Shown here in pieces: positions 25,886 to 38,217 of a stretch of 64,000 nucleotides of DNA. The notes under the pieces were generated by a model, which had not been told where the DNA came from, made no database searches, and saw nothing but the letters and a program-made list of their open reading frames with translations. The position numbers were made by a program, and so were the translations under genes. Where the stretch lies: positions 106,580,001 to 106,644,000 of the forward strand of contig NW_024704743.1 of assembly GCF_018977255.1 (NCBI RefSeq), given 5' to 3'. This DNA is from Callorhinchus milii. Its lineage: Eukaryota. The stretch's first letter is position 1. Every line of letters begins with the position of its first letter.

Positions 25886-28636
25886 GAAGCCTGTTTAGAA
25901 AATGTTTTCTAAAATAAATTAAACTATATTTGTTTCTAGACCACGTTTCAGCTACTTATTCATTTGAGTGACTAAATGGTCTTTTGGAATGTGTGCATGC
26001 ATGACAACTTGAATTTTAAATAACATTTTGAACGTGATTTTATTATGTTAGGCAATTAATTCCAATCGGGAGAGTGTTGAAAACAGATGTTCTTCTTCCA
26101 CAATGTTAATGTGAAGCAAATGACAATTTATCTTCAATTTTGCTGCAGTATCAACTTAACCTGTCGCCCAGATTAAATATTCTTTATTAAACATAAGCTA
26201 TTGCCATATGTTTTATAAATTAATATCAAATGATGGAATGTAACTCTACCTTTAAAGAACATTATATTATGGTTATTTGAAATCAAGGAATGACAAGTAA
26301 CTAAAGATTTATTAAAATGATTGCAGAATTTCTATTATACAATTTTTCTATTATTTATGTCATCAAAGCAGTCTTGCCTCGGCACAGGAGCACACCACAT
26401 TATTATATTTGGCTGTATAAAGAACATATTATGAAAAATAGTTTGTGATTAATGGATAGGAATTCCCTTAACTTATGCAATAAACATTCCGTTCTGAAAT
26501 TTATTTGAAGCATGTGATCATTAAAGTAAAGCACAATTGATTTTTGCTTCTGAGTAATATCATTCTTTTCTTCCAAAATGCTCTGTAAAATGTATCTGTA
26601 TACCTACCAATAGTGAATAAAATATTATGGCCATATCATTATATATGCTGTGGAAATCTGATAAATGGTGAGGAAACTCAACAGAGGGAAATTCTGCTGA
26701 AGACTAATGGAAAAGTAGAAGTCAAGCTGAGAGCAGAGACAGTTCAGGAAAATATTGTTTCAAGATCAGATTTTTTTTAATAAAGGTTAAATTGAGAGAA
26801 AAAGTTACAGGAAAAAACAACAGCATTTTAAGTAGTCCGTTTCATATCAAGAGAATTTCTCACAGAGCTTCACACAGCTGACTAGTAGCTCAAGCTGGAG
26901 TGTGGGGGAGGGGGAATGAGGGGAAGCATGTTTTGAAGATGGGGAGGAAACCTTCCTTAACCTTTTTATTGTTGTCTTAATTTAAACCTCCTCATCAGTC
27001 TAACCTAGGTAGTATACATGTGTAATGTATGTTTACCTAAGAGATTGGCTTCATTTATATTGATATAGGAGCAGGAAGAACCCATTCAACCCACTGATGA
27101 GGTGCCATCATTTTCAGGTGACAGATCATTTAATTCTTGTTCCCTGGGTTTTCCCATACTCTTTTATACTCTTCCCATCGCGCCAACTATTTCCTTTTTA
27201 AACATTCCAAATGATTTCTGCTTTTGTAGCTGAATATTAAAAATGTTGACACCTTTTGGTGGAATGATCTCTGTTCTCTCTTCTAACAAGCTTTGCTCAC
27301 GTTTTAACGCAATACACCCATGGCTGTGCAAAAATTAACTTCTGTATTTCCAAAATACAGTCAGGATATTTTGCAGTAAATCCCATGAAGTGCTTTGAGA
27401 CATCCTCCTTCAAATGCAAGGATTATTCATTATTTATAGTGATAAATATATTACCATGTTTATTACTATAAATAATTACCTATAGTAATAAACATTACAG
27501 ATTTATTGCTGTAAATAATTAGCAAGTTAATTATGAAGACAAATGTGCATTGGAAATAGATATTCTGTTTTTAAGTAGATATCTGAGTTTTGGACCTGTT
27601 TTCAGTACAGTATTCAGAACAGTTAGTAATATGGCCATTGGACATGTATCATTAGAATGGAAGATAATTAGCATCTGTCTCCAGAAGTGATATACAATCA
27701 TACTGCAGAGAAACATTTAAACTAAGGAGAGATAAAGCAGCTGCTCGAAGCAAAAGACTTGTAGCAATCAATGGCACGGCCATTCCCCAGCTTCATTTTA
27801 ACAGGAACAGGATGGCCTTAATAGATATTACTTTCTTCTACTGCCTCCTGCTTCTCGATTCAGATGAAGAAGCCCCTTCGGCTCATTTAATCTCATCCTT
27901 CCAGAATACCCATCCTGCTGTCTTCCCATCACAGCATCAGGCTGTTTCTTTCACAACACAACTAACTTGTTGAAGCCTTTTCTAAAGCTCGAGTCAGTGC
28001 TGAACGTGTTAAAAGCTTCCGAGTTGCTAAATAAGACGTGACTAAGACTAAAGCAGCTCAAAGAGCTCCCTGCTGGTCTTCAAGCACTCTGCTGAGAAAG
28101 GCTATGAATATTTAACATTATCAGCTGGGTTCCTCCATTCCCAGCACAATTGCAGTGCAAACAACTCAAACAAAATGCTCCACTGATTTGTACACCTTTC
28201 TGCGAAGAGACAAAGTAGTTTGCTGTGAAAGAATGAGAATGTCCAGTTTGCTTGCGGGTAAATTTAACACGAGAGCAGCACTCTGAAAGGTCACATTCTT
28301 TCAAACTCTGCGACTTCCTGTAATAACTGTAAAAAAAATAATTGTCTGCACTTTTTTTTAAACCTCAAAGGAGAATGTCTGGCTTTTCACAATGAGGAAG
28401 CAGACTGCTGGAGTTCTGCTACATTAAAATTCTACCACCCGAAAAGGTTCAGTCAAGTGACATACGTAATGAGTTCATTGTTAAGCAGCTATTGCTCTGC
28501 TGAGCAGAAATCAGTATCCTTCCCAGTAGCATCTGGACCCCTGTACTTCAATGCAAATAAAATGATTGACACTCAAACCATTGGCATTCTTAATGCTACT
28601 TCTCAGGAAGATCTGTCTAGTAATACAGCTACAGCA

Positions 28637-29022
28637 AACAACAATGACAACAACAATTTACATTTGTATAGCACCTTTCATGTCAGGAGGATGTTCTAAA
28701 GTCCTGGATAGTCAGGAATCCACACCTGAGCTGGTGTTTGGAAGAAGAGGTGTAGGGTGGGGAGTGGAGGGATAGGAGGGTGGCCAAAGGCACGGTCGAA
28801 GAAGAGGGTCTTGAGATGGATCTTGAAGGAGCCAAGGGAAGGGGTGAGGTAGAAAAACTGTGGGATGGAGTTCCAGAGGATGGATACAGAGAGGCTGAAG
28901 GCCTGACTGCCAATGGTGGGGGGGTAAGGTGGGGGATGTGAAGAAGGTCGGAGCCCGCTGAGTGGAGGGAGCAGACAGGTTGGTTGGGGGTTAGGAGGTC
29001 ACAGAGGTAGGGAGGAGCAGAC
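28637..29022 (-). mobile_element. L2-type LINE 3' fragment
   Basis: APPYLCDLLTP motif, 3' UTR and (CAA)n tail; homologous to 25346-25885. Confidence 0.9.
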
Positions 29023-30279
29023 ATTTGGGCAGAATTCTTCCCCGTTACCTTATGAGGAAATAAATCTGCATTATTTACAATGAGAGATTAGAGTAGGTCA
29101 ACAAAGATAAAGAGATAAAGACCCAAATGATGGATCAGTTAAAGGAAGGCTACTGATCTAGCAAATTAAAACAAATGATTGTGTTGGTGTAGAAACCATG
29201 TGCTTTGGGATACAGTCCAGTAAAATGTAACACTATGGAACACGCTCTGAGACCCTACCCTGGGTGGAGGGCGCTATATAAGTGCAAGTTATTGTTGTTG
29301 TTGGAACAGAATATTATAGAAATCTGGTAAATGTTTGAGAAACCAACACTCTTTAAAAATATATTACAAAGAAGAAAGCTGAATCAGACTTTGAAATCGA
29401 GTAACAGACAAGAGAAAGGAAAGGGAAAAGGTCAGAAGAAATTGGAGTCTACAATGTAGATTCTTACACAAATCGACCTCTGGGATCACCAATCTGGAAG
29501 CAGATTGCATTGGAACAGATTCCCCAGGTTGGCATTCTTCTATTTCAAGCTACCAAAATCTGCATATTATTAAGAAATATTGCTTTTCAGACACCATATG
29601 TACTCAATAAGAAACGATAAAGTTGCTCAAAGTTTTGTGTGGTAGTTTAACTTGTCATCTTCATTAAAAGCTAGCAGACAGAATAGAAGTGGAATCAAAG
29701 AACTATTTATTTGCTTTGGGGCTTGTATGTTATATTTGGCATCGTTGTCTGTAGATCTCAACTTTTGTCTCTGTCAGTCCTGTCAGGTTGCCAGTCCTTT
29801 GTCAGTTGTGATGCTTTCAGAATGTTGTTAACCTTCCTTGAAATGACAGCCAATGAATATTTTCACCTTTCTGTGGCAGAGAATAACAATGATGTTGAAA
29901 AGGTGATATATGCAAAGCAGATTCGAGTCTCTGATTCTGACTTCTGAATATTGGATCGCAAGATTCTTGTGAAATTTGCCAGAGGCAAATTGTAAGTCAT
30001 GAACTGGCAAATTCCCCCATTCCACCCAAAAATACACCCTGGAACAGAGCTCCATCTGAAGTGATCACACATATTAAAAGATGGTGTCACTCTTTTTGTC
30101 CCTGGAGGTACTCATTTAATTCCTTGAAAGGCCTAAATACCAGTGTCAGCCATGTCTGAAACCACACATCCTCTTGATGGTAAAATTCATCTGATATATG
30201 CAAACTGCTGTGTTTGATTCACACGAATGCTGCTGACAGATGAGTGCAGCTATAAACTGTACCCTGTAGGCTTTATTAC

Positions 30280-31010
30280 CATATTAGTTGAATTCAGATG
30301 CTCAGAAGTTATACTCAAACTATACAGCGCTCTGGTCAGGCCACACCTAGCGTACTGGATACCATACTGGTCACTGCCACATAAGGGAGCTATTCAGACT
30401 CTTAGAAGTGGTGCCTTGGCTCTCGCCAACCTGCGCCTAATACTTTCCGGAATTAGGTAAGCAGGATGCCTCACATCCAGGAAGAGATTGTGCATTCCAT
30501 TCCAACAATATATCTCTGGGATTTCCGTGAAAATCTCAGCTTGGTTTGGATACTCTTAAGCATGATGATGGGTTTCTGCATGTGTCAGACATCCTGCTGA
30601 CCAAAAAAATAAATAGAGGAGAACAATGAGGATGATCCCCAGTGTTAGAGAAATGAGCTAATAGCAATGATTAGACAAGCTAGGGCTCTTCAGCTCTGGA
30701 AGGAAGCGCCTCAGAGGGGGACCTTATGGAGGTGTATAACATTTTAAATGGGATTGTAAATTAAGCCCAGAACAATACTTTTGGATGTACAAGACATTGA
30801 AACAAGAGAAAACAAGTTTAAAATTGCAAAGGGCAATTTCAGGACAGACCCCAGGAAGGTTTCCTTTCCTCAAAGAATAATTACGACTGGAACAGGTTGT
30901 CAGGAAGGATGGTTTAGGCCAGGACAGAAATGTATGGAGCTTGTCGTTTCTTGAATCTTCGATTGTTTTGTGTAAATCAAGGTAGCTGATAAACATTCAT
31001 ATCCTATCTT
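30280..31010 (+). mobile_element. Old CR1 fragment interrupted by other repeats
   Basis: SEVILKLYSALVRPHLAY motif (ORF 30227..30460); resumes ~30650 with CTAGGGCTCTTCAGC...AGAGGGGGACCTTAT; unclassified repeat inserted at 30412-30510. Confidence 0.7.
30412..30510 (-). repeat. Unclassified interspersed repeat, copy 3 (short)
   Basis: Reverse complement GCATCCTGCTTACCTAATTCCGGAAAGTATTAGGCGCAGGTTGGCGAGAGCCAAGGC matches 35637-35693. Confidence 0.85.
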
Positions 31011-31554
31011 GCTGTCTTCCTCTGATGAATAACATACTGATATAGTGGAGATTAAACAAACAATTCAGGGCTCTTGCTGGCTGCTAGATGAAAATAACCG
31101 TAATGAGATTTAAGTTATCATCATGAAAATGCCACCAAAACCCACTGCTATCTTTAAATGCATCTCCGAAGAGATTAAAAGTGACGTCTTGAGTTAAGAT
31201 AAAATGTGCTTTTCTGAGTCAAGTAAAGTTTCATAGTAAAATAGAACTTGACAAGCACTTTCATAGCTGTCTAAATACAAGTTTCATTTCGGAGATTTTT
31301 ACTTACTCTTTCCTGCATTATGCACTTGGCTGCAGTTGTCACTAAAGCCTGTTAAGGGAGCACTATCTTCATCAAAGACTGTTTTGCTAAACTTCCTTTT
31401 CCATTTATTCCTCACGACCTGAAAGGTGCTATACAAATGTAATGTTGTATTGTATTGTAATTTTTGTACTTAAATGAAATGATGATGTGAATGCTGTGGA
31501 AACGTTCCATTGAACCCATTGCATCTGATTTGCTTGGGATGAAATTGATGTATA

Positions 31555-31940
31555 AATAATAAGAATTCTTGCATTTGATATAGCACCTTATCACATTTTC
31601 AAAAAGTCTCAAAGTGTTTTACAGGATTTCACTGTGAAGTGTAGTAACTATGTATTTGTACACAGATGTGGCAGCCAAACAGCCATGAAGCGAATGGCCA
31701 ACACAATTTGGAGGATTGTTGGTCAGGACACCAGGAGAAACACAAATTTCTTTCAAATAGGGCTGGGGGATCTTTAACGTCCACCTGAATAGGCGGACAG
31801 AACCTTGATTTAATGCCTCACCTGAAGGATGGCACCTCCAACAACACAATTGCACCCAGTACTGCACTGGGGTGTCAGCCCAAACTATGAGCTTCAACCC
31901 ATAACCTTCTGACTCAGAGTGCTACCAACTGAATTGACTG
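31555..31940 (-). mobile_element. Deu-domain SINE
   Basis: GGGATCTTTAACGTCCACCTGAATAGGCGGAC, CCCAGTACTGCACTGGGGTGTCAGC and AACCTTCTGACTCAGAG (antisense head and body). Confidence 0.85.
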
Positions 31941-32964
31941 ATACCTCACATGGTTGGCTCTTTTTGCCATCACAAACCAGCCACTATTTGCCAAGCTCAT
32001 TTCTGGGAAACATACTGGCCTTTTATTAAACGGAAATCTCAGAGTAGACGGTATCCTGCAAACTGATAGCTGAATGCTGCATTCTGTGAGGTAGACATCC
32101 AACGCCACAGATGTTGTCATTGACAACAGCATCGGTGAGAGCGGTTAAACCACCCCCAACATATCCAGCTTACACTCAAAGTGATAAATATTGAATGCAT
32201 CTCCAAACTGACCCTATTAACAGTTGCAGATTTATTTATTTATTCAGCGAAAAGCAATACAGATCAGAATGTAAGTAACGGTTGATCCAACCTTATGTGG
32301 TTGAGAGTCAGACAGGGCAGATGCGAAACAAACCATACCTTCATAATCCTTTGATCTACCAGTAGGTGTTTCCTTATTAATGTTTCCAGCTGAGATGTTC
32401 AGCACTAAAAATTCTGTCCTGGTAATAATAGCAGATCACCCTTGCTCCTGTGACAACTTTAAAACTATCTTTAGATGTCAGGTATAGTCACCAATGAACA
32501 TATTTACCTTTAAATTCTTTAAGATGTTAGAAGGGTGATAATATAATTAAAACCTCTCTCGATCTAAAAAGACTGTTACAATCTTTAGCAATGGGCAATG
32601 CTCGATTTACCACAGGATTTACTTCCATCTCAACAGCCCAAACCATATAATTATTGCACCGCAACGATTGTACAAACTACCTTCATACATATTAGCCTGT
32701 TACTCTTTCTACATGTGGATTTATATATCATTAAACAAAACATGCCTTCTCCAATGCTTCAGCATGTTTCTCTGTTGGGTCTTGCAAACCAAGGTCCCAC
32801 TAATAACAACAATAGAAATGTAACCACTTTGAGCTGCCAGAAATATTACATCGATGATCCAAATGAAATGGAGAAACAGACACATCACTGAGTTTCTAAT
32901 CCCTGTTTTGATCTCTGGAGTTAGCTGAGTTCAGCCAGGGGAGAGTAAGAAGCACTAAAATTCA

Positions 32965-33160
32965 GGTGCCAGTCTGACTCAATTAGTAGCACTGTTGCCT
33001 CACAGTCAGAAGGTTATGAGTTCAAGCCCCACATTGGGACTTTGAGCTCACATTCCAGGCTGTACTGCAGTGTTTGGAGATACCATCCTTTGGATGCACA
33101 ATAAACCTGTCTGCTCCAGGTGCATATCCCATGGCACTGTTCAAAAAGAGCTGGGAGATA
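32965..33160 (+). mobile_element. Deu-domain SINE 5' fragment
   Basis: GCCTCACAGTCAGAAGGTTATGAGTTCAAGCCCC...ATCCCATGGCACTGTTCAAA. Confidence 0.7.
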
Positions 33161-34130
33161 TCCAAATTAATTATTTACTAATATAAATGATACGTTTCTA
33201 TTGTATATGGGAATTGTGATTATCAGTGCACAAATTTGATTCTGCCATGTAATCTGATCAGTATTTAGTTTGTCATCTTTAATTGAAAACTTTTTTTTAA
33301 TTGAAGACACCAGAATTGAAACCTCCTCTGGCAAATTTGAAATCTCCGAGAGTGATGAGCGATAGTCTGAGCTGCTATTTGCATACGATTGTGTCAGTAA
33401 TAATATGTTTTTTTAAAAAATTGGGTCTTTGCTGTGGGTGGCAACTCTTTGAAACATTTTTATTGATGTGGACAAAGCAGCATGTTCTTTAGTACGTTTC
33501 ACAAATTGTCTAGAGCTGCTCTTTCTTTGTGAAAGACACTACTTAAAAGCAAGCTGTAAAGTGACTGTGTATTTTGTAGGCAAATATAAGCAATTGTAGC
33601 AATATAACCTCAATAATACTTGCATTTTATACAGCGCCTACAACACTGCTATATTCCTGCTTATAATCTATAAGTGCTTCACAGGTAATTGCTGTCAAAT
33701 ATAAGTGACTATGTATTTGTAGGCAAATACCTTAGACACTTTGTGCACAGCAAGTTCAATGTGCCCACTGAAACCAAACTCCCCCACAATATTTCTGTTT
33801 ATAATCTAAAGCTTTTAAAATAATATTTTCCAGATTCAACTTACATGTAGGTCACTTTGGGAGAATGTCGGTATAGGGGTCCTAAGAAGGAAGATTCTCT
33901 ATTTATGGCCGATTGTGGCTTCAGTTTTGCAATTGCTGTAACAAGTCCCTTCTCAAATCAGACAGCTGGAAATGATAAGTTGTCTGTGCAAGCTCATGAC
34001 ATGTGCTGTAGCTGGAAGCTGCACTCACTGAACAAACCTTTCCAAACCCAATTTAGAAAACTTCAGCAAATCCCCTCAGGTGGATGAGCACATATGCACT
34101 AGATTCCCGAGTGGAACCTGGCATATCGTG

Positions 34131-34433
34131 GAGTCCTGTAGCTCAGTGGTTAGAGCACTCGCTTTGCAAGCGAGAGACCTGAATTCAATTCCAGGCAGGG
34201 CGAAACCTTGGGCAAGTTTCCTTACTCCACACAGAGCCTAATAATAATCCCTCCAAAACCCAAAACAATAATAAATTGGTCATTTTCAATCTACGACTGT
34301 TTGTGGGACATTGCTGTGCGCAATTGGCTGCCGCGTTCGCCCACAAATATACAGTCAACTCACTTTACAGTGTGTTCTGTGAAGCGCTTTGGGACGTCCT
34401 CCCGACGTGAAAAGCGCTATATCAAATGCAAGG

Positions 34434-34461
<28 letters not shown>
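34131..34461 (+). mobile_element. tRNA-Ala(TGC)-derived SINE, short subfamily, young
   Basis: Anticodon arm CTCGC-TTTGCAA-GCGAG, long perfect (ATT)n tail, highly similar to 56778-57102. Confidence 0.95.
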
Positions 34462-34464
<3 letters not shown>

Positions 34465-34679
34465 TCAAACACGTTGGCCTGGTTAGATTTGCCTTCAGGC
34501 AAATTACTCTTCCATAGTATTGCTCATGTTATGAATTGATAAAAGAAGGAACTTTTAATAATGGTAATGCACAAGTTCAAAGAGAAATGTTAAAGGAAAG
34601 GGGAAGGTAAGGACACAGGTCAACACCAATCAATATTAACACCTCATGAGGTTAAGTGTGTAACATAGACTACTCTCAC

Positions 34680-34880
34680 ATAAACAGAAAACAAAGTTGC
34701 TGGGAACATTCAGCAGATCAGGCAGCATCTATGGAGAAAGGAAAGTGAGTCAACGTTTTGGGTCCACGGTCCTTCATCAGAATTGGGGCATGTTGGGAGG
34801 GAGAGAATTTTAAGGGCTAACAGAGAGGGGGAGGCAGGGCAAGGAAGACAAAGGAGAAAATGGGGTAGAGGACAGAGGAT
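34680..34880 (-). mobile_element. Penelope-like terminal fragment
   Basis: Minus strand reads CTGATGAAGGACC...AAACGTTGAC...TCTCCATAGATGCTGCCTGATCTGCTGAATGTTCCCAGC, matching 35815-35911; family assignment is from recall. Confidence 0.65.
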
Positions 34881-35405
34881 GATGGGTTAAAGCGGTGTTA
34901 ATGATGCAAAACAAAGGGGGGGATTGCAACAAAACAGGGGAAAAGAGGTGTTAATGATGCCAAAAAGGGGGGGGGGGGGGGGGGGGGGGGGGAGGTTGAT
35001 GTGTGTAAAATTGCAACAAAACAGGCAGACCAGAGATAGAAGAGGTGTTTCTGGGACCCAGATATATGGTAAATCTGCAGTATTTTGCATTTTGTCTATT
35101 ATCACACAAAGTCAGCAGCAACCCAATCATTCACATTTGAGGCCAGTGCTCATACAAAGAAACAAAGGAAAACATACTTATTAACTTACCAGTGTTAATT
35201 AACACATTCCAGGTTACAATTTTCACACCACAATATTTCCCAAACATGATTTTTTTTCTGTCTTCGGTAAATACCATAGAGTGTAATAGATTCTCAGATC
35301 TTTGTGTTAAGAGTGCATTTTATTATACAGCCCTAAACATACAAAATGTTTTCACGTCTGCACCAGTTCTTTGGATTTTTTTTGGTCAGCCAGGTTTCAT
35401 CATTA

Positions 35406-35629
35406 ACCCGCAGTCCCTCTGCCTCGCCCCCTCCCTTGCCTTCTTCAAGACCCATCTCAAGAACTTCCTCTTTGACCATGCCTTTGGTCACCCTCCTACC
35501 ACCCCGCATTCCGCTCTCCCTGATCCCAACCCCCAGCTCGAGTCGGAAACACTGATTGTCCAGTGTTTTGGGATGTCCTCCCGATGTGAAAGGCGCTATA
35601 CAAATGGAATTTTGTTGTTGTTGTTGTTG
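35406..35629 (+). mobile_element. L2 3' end with (TTG)n tail
   Basis: SLAFFKTHLKNFLFD motif; GGGATGTCCTCCCGATGTGAAAGGCGC stem-loop; (TTG)n. Confidence 0.9.
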
Positions 35630-35633
35630 GAGG

Positions 35634-36095
35634 GAAGCATCTTGCTTATCTAATTCCGGAAAGTATTAGGCACAGATTGGCAAGAGCCAAGGCTTACAGA
35701 CCTCATAGTGTGCGTTGGGGTACTGCTGGAGTCTAACCAGCTAAAACCGCATAGCTTGCCATTGATATTGCTGTCCGGCAAGCTTCTAGCTCCTCATCCA
35801 GTTAGGTTTGAGCTCTGACAAAGTGTCATGTACCGGAAACGTTGACCCACTTTCCTTTCTCCATAGATGCTGCCTGACCTGTTGAGTGTTCCCAGCAATC
35901 TCTGTTTTTGTGCCCGTTAGGGCTTTGGCTTGCAAGGGTTAACAGGAGCTGAGTGGGATGACTCCCTGCCCCCAGTGACTGGTCCCCATTCCAGGTCTTG
36001 CCGATGAGCCAGGCTGGCTGTGCTGTTATCAGCAGTGCCCTGGAATACTACGGACCCGCCTGGCTCAGGAACCGGACTACTGAGACCACAGGAGG
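35634..36095 (+). repeat. Unclassified interspersed repeat, copy 4 (contains a Penelope-like insertion)
   Basis: Colinear with 7660-7990 except for a ~97-bp insertion at 35815-35911. Confidence 0.82.
35815..35911 (+). mobile_element. Penelope-like terminal fragment
   Basis: CTGACAAAG...CCGGAAACGTTGAC...CATAGATGCTGCCTGACCTGTTGAG; inverted copy at 34685-34781. Confidence 0.65.
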
Positions 36096-36253
36096 TTGGC
36101 TCGATTCTGACATTCCATTGCCAGGCATGTCACCTTGGAGCCAGTTCAGGTCTAAAGAGACCCTTCTTTGGAGTATAAAGGGAGCTGCCCTTATCAAACA
36201 AAAAATGTCAGTCTCAAGTGAGATAAAAATTATTTCAGTCCACAGAATCTTAC

Positions 36254-37486
36254 AATAACAACAACAACTTGTACTCATGTAGCACCCTCCACACAGTGTT
36301 GCATCTCAGAGCGTTTAACAGTGGCGGAGCCTGATTCCGAGCCGGGGGTGGGGTGGGGGTGTGGGGTGTGACCGTAAGCACAGTCGAAAAGAAAGGTTTT
36401 CAGGCAGGACTTGACAAAGGGCACAGAGGGGACAAGGCGGAGGGATTGAGGAATGGTGTTCCAGAGTTTTGGGGTGTAGTGGCTGAATGCGCGACCTCCA
36501 ATGGTGGAGCGGAAGGTACGAGAGACAAGCAGGATGCCGGTGTCAGTTGAGTGGAGGCAGCCGATGGTGGATTGGGGAGTGAGGAGGTCGGAGAGGTAGG
36601 GAGGTGCCAGAGAGTGAAGGGAATTTGAACATGAGTGAGGATCTTGAAGTTGATCAGTTCGGTGATGGGGAGCCAGTGGAGTCTGTCCAGAACTGGTGAG
36701 ATGTGGGTATGGAGTTTGGTTCAGGTCAGTATGCAGGTGGCAGAGTTCTGAATGAGCCGGATCTTTTGAATAGTGGAGCTGGAGAGACCGGTGAGGAATG
36801 CATTGGAGTAATCCAAGCTCGAGGTGACAAATGCATGCCCGAGGGTTTTGGCTGCATTTGGTGTAAGGTACGGTTGGAGGTGGGCAATATGGCGGAGGTG
36901 GAGGAAGGTGGCCCTGGTTAGGGACTGGATGTGGGGGAGGAAGGACAGCTGGGGGTCGAGCTGGATGCCTAGATTGTGCACTGTTTCGGTGAGTCTGAGG
37001 GAGAGGCTAAGGAGGTTTAAAAGGTCAGATCCACAGGAGTGAAGATGTTGATGGGAGCCAAGGAGTATGGCTTCCATCTTGTCTACATTAAACTGCAGAA
37101 AGTTTGCACTCACCCATGCTCTGATGTCTGCCAGACAAGCTGATAGAACATCGTTGGTCTGGAATTGGTACTGAAGGAGGCAACGTAGATTTGTGTATCA
37201 TCCACATACATGTGGAAGTTTACCCCGTGACTGCGGAAGACATCGCCCAGAGGGAGTATGTAAATGAGGAAAAGAAGCGGGCCAAGGATGGAGCCCTGGG
37301 GTACCTTGCAGGTGACCGGGCTGACGCAGGAGGAGAAACCATTTGACAAGATGAAGTGGAGGCTGTTGTTTAAGTAGGATTCGAACCAGCGAGTGTGGTC
37401 CCATTACGGTGGATGAGGGAGGAGAGGTGGTGGAGGAGGATGGTGTGGTCAACTGTATCGAATGCATCAGAGAGATCCAGGAGGAT
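36254..37486 (-). mobile_element. L2-type LINE fragment (RT + 3' end)
   Basis: [26 protein letters not shown] and HAFVTSSLDYSNA motifs; (CAA)n tail at ~36254. Confidence 0.95.
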
Positions 37487-37947
37487 AACAACAACAACAA
37501 CAACAAGATTCCATTTATAAAGCGCCTTTCACGTCAGGAGGACGTCCCAAGGCGCTGCACAGTTGGGTCATGACCCGAGCAAGGGGGAAATGGTCAGGGT
37601 GAGGGAAGGGAAGGGAGGGAGCGAGGAGGGGGAAGAGAGTCGAGAGGGGAGCTGAAGGCTCGGTCAAAGAGAAAGGTTTTGAGACCGGCCTTGAAGGAGG
37701 AGAGGGAGGAAGCAAGGCGAAGGCACTGGGGGATAGAGTTCCAGAGCCTCGGGGCTGAGAGGCTGAAGGCCCGACCACCGATGGTAGGGCGATTGGGGCG
37801 GGGGATGTGGAGCAGACCGGAGCCGGAGGAACGGAGGGTACGGGCAGGTAGGTAGGGGTATAGTAGGTTGGAGAGGTAGGAGGGAGCAAGGCCGTGAATG
37901 GCCTTGTAGGTGAGGATGAGGATCTTGAAATCAATCCTCTGGGGGAT
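37487..37947 (-). mobile_element. Young L2 3' fragment abutting/inserted at the older L2
   Basis: Perfect (CAA)n tail, CpG-rich, near-colinear with 45232-45731. Confidence 0.93.
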
Positions 37948-38217
37948 GAGGAGGCAGAGGGATCCCTGGTCATGTTTGTGATACCAACTAAGTGATGGTT
38001 TAATGGTTAAAAAATTATAGATTTAGATAATATTCTACACATAAGTTATACAATTTCAAATTCAATTATTTTACCTATAATTAAATAACTTTGACCTACA
38101 ATTGCATATATGCTTAACTATATTTATACATTTATAAAATATATTGTTTTTAGTTCATCAGCTTTCTAGAGTGGTTTGTAAAATTGCTTGTTGACCACAA
38201 ATGCACACTCACAATGA

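Noticed and set aside
33845..33965. Minus-strand exon with a TTCCAG acceptor and GTAAGT donor
   Set aside because: Stops occur in all three frames from this acceptor, and the shorter alternative gives no recognisable peptide.
34131..34203. tRNA-Ala gene
   Set aside because: The D and anticodon arms are tRNA-like, but there is no proper acceptor stem and it continues into a SINE body present in many copies.
34966..34992. Long poly-G run as a G-quadruplex element
   Set aside because: A homopolymer within a repeat-derived region; its length is unreliable and there is no evidence of function.
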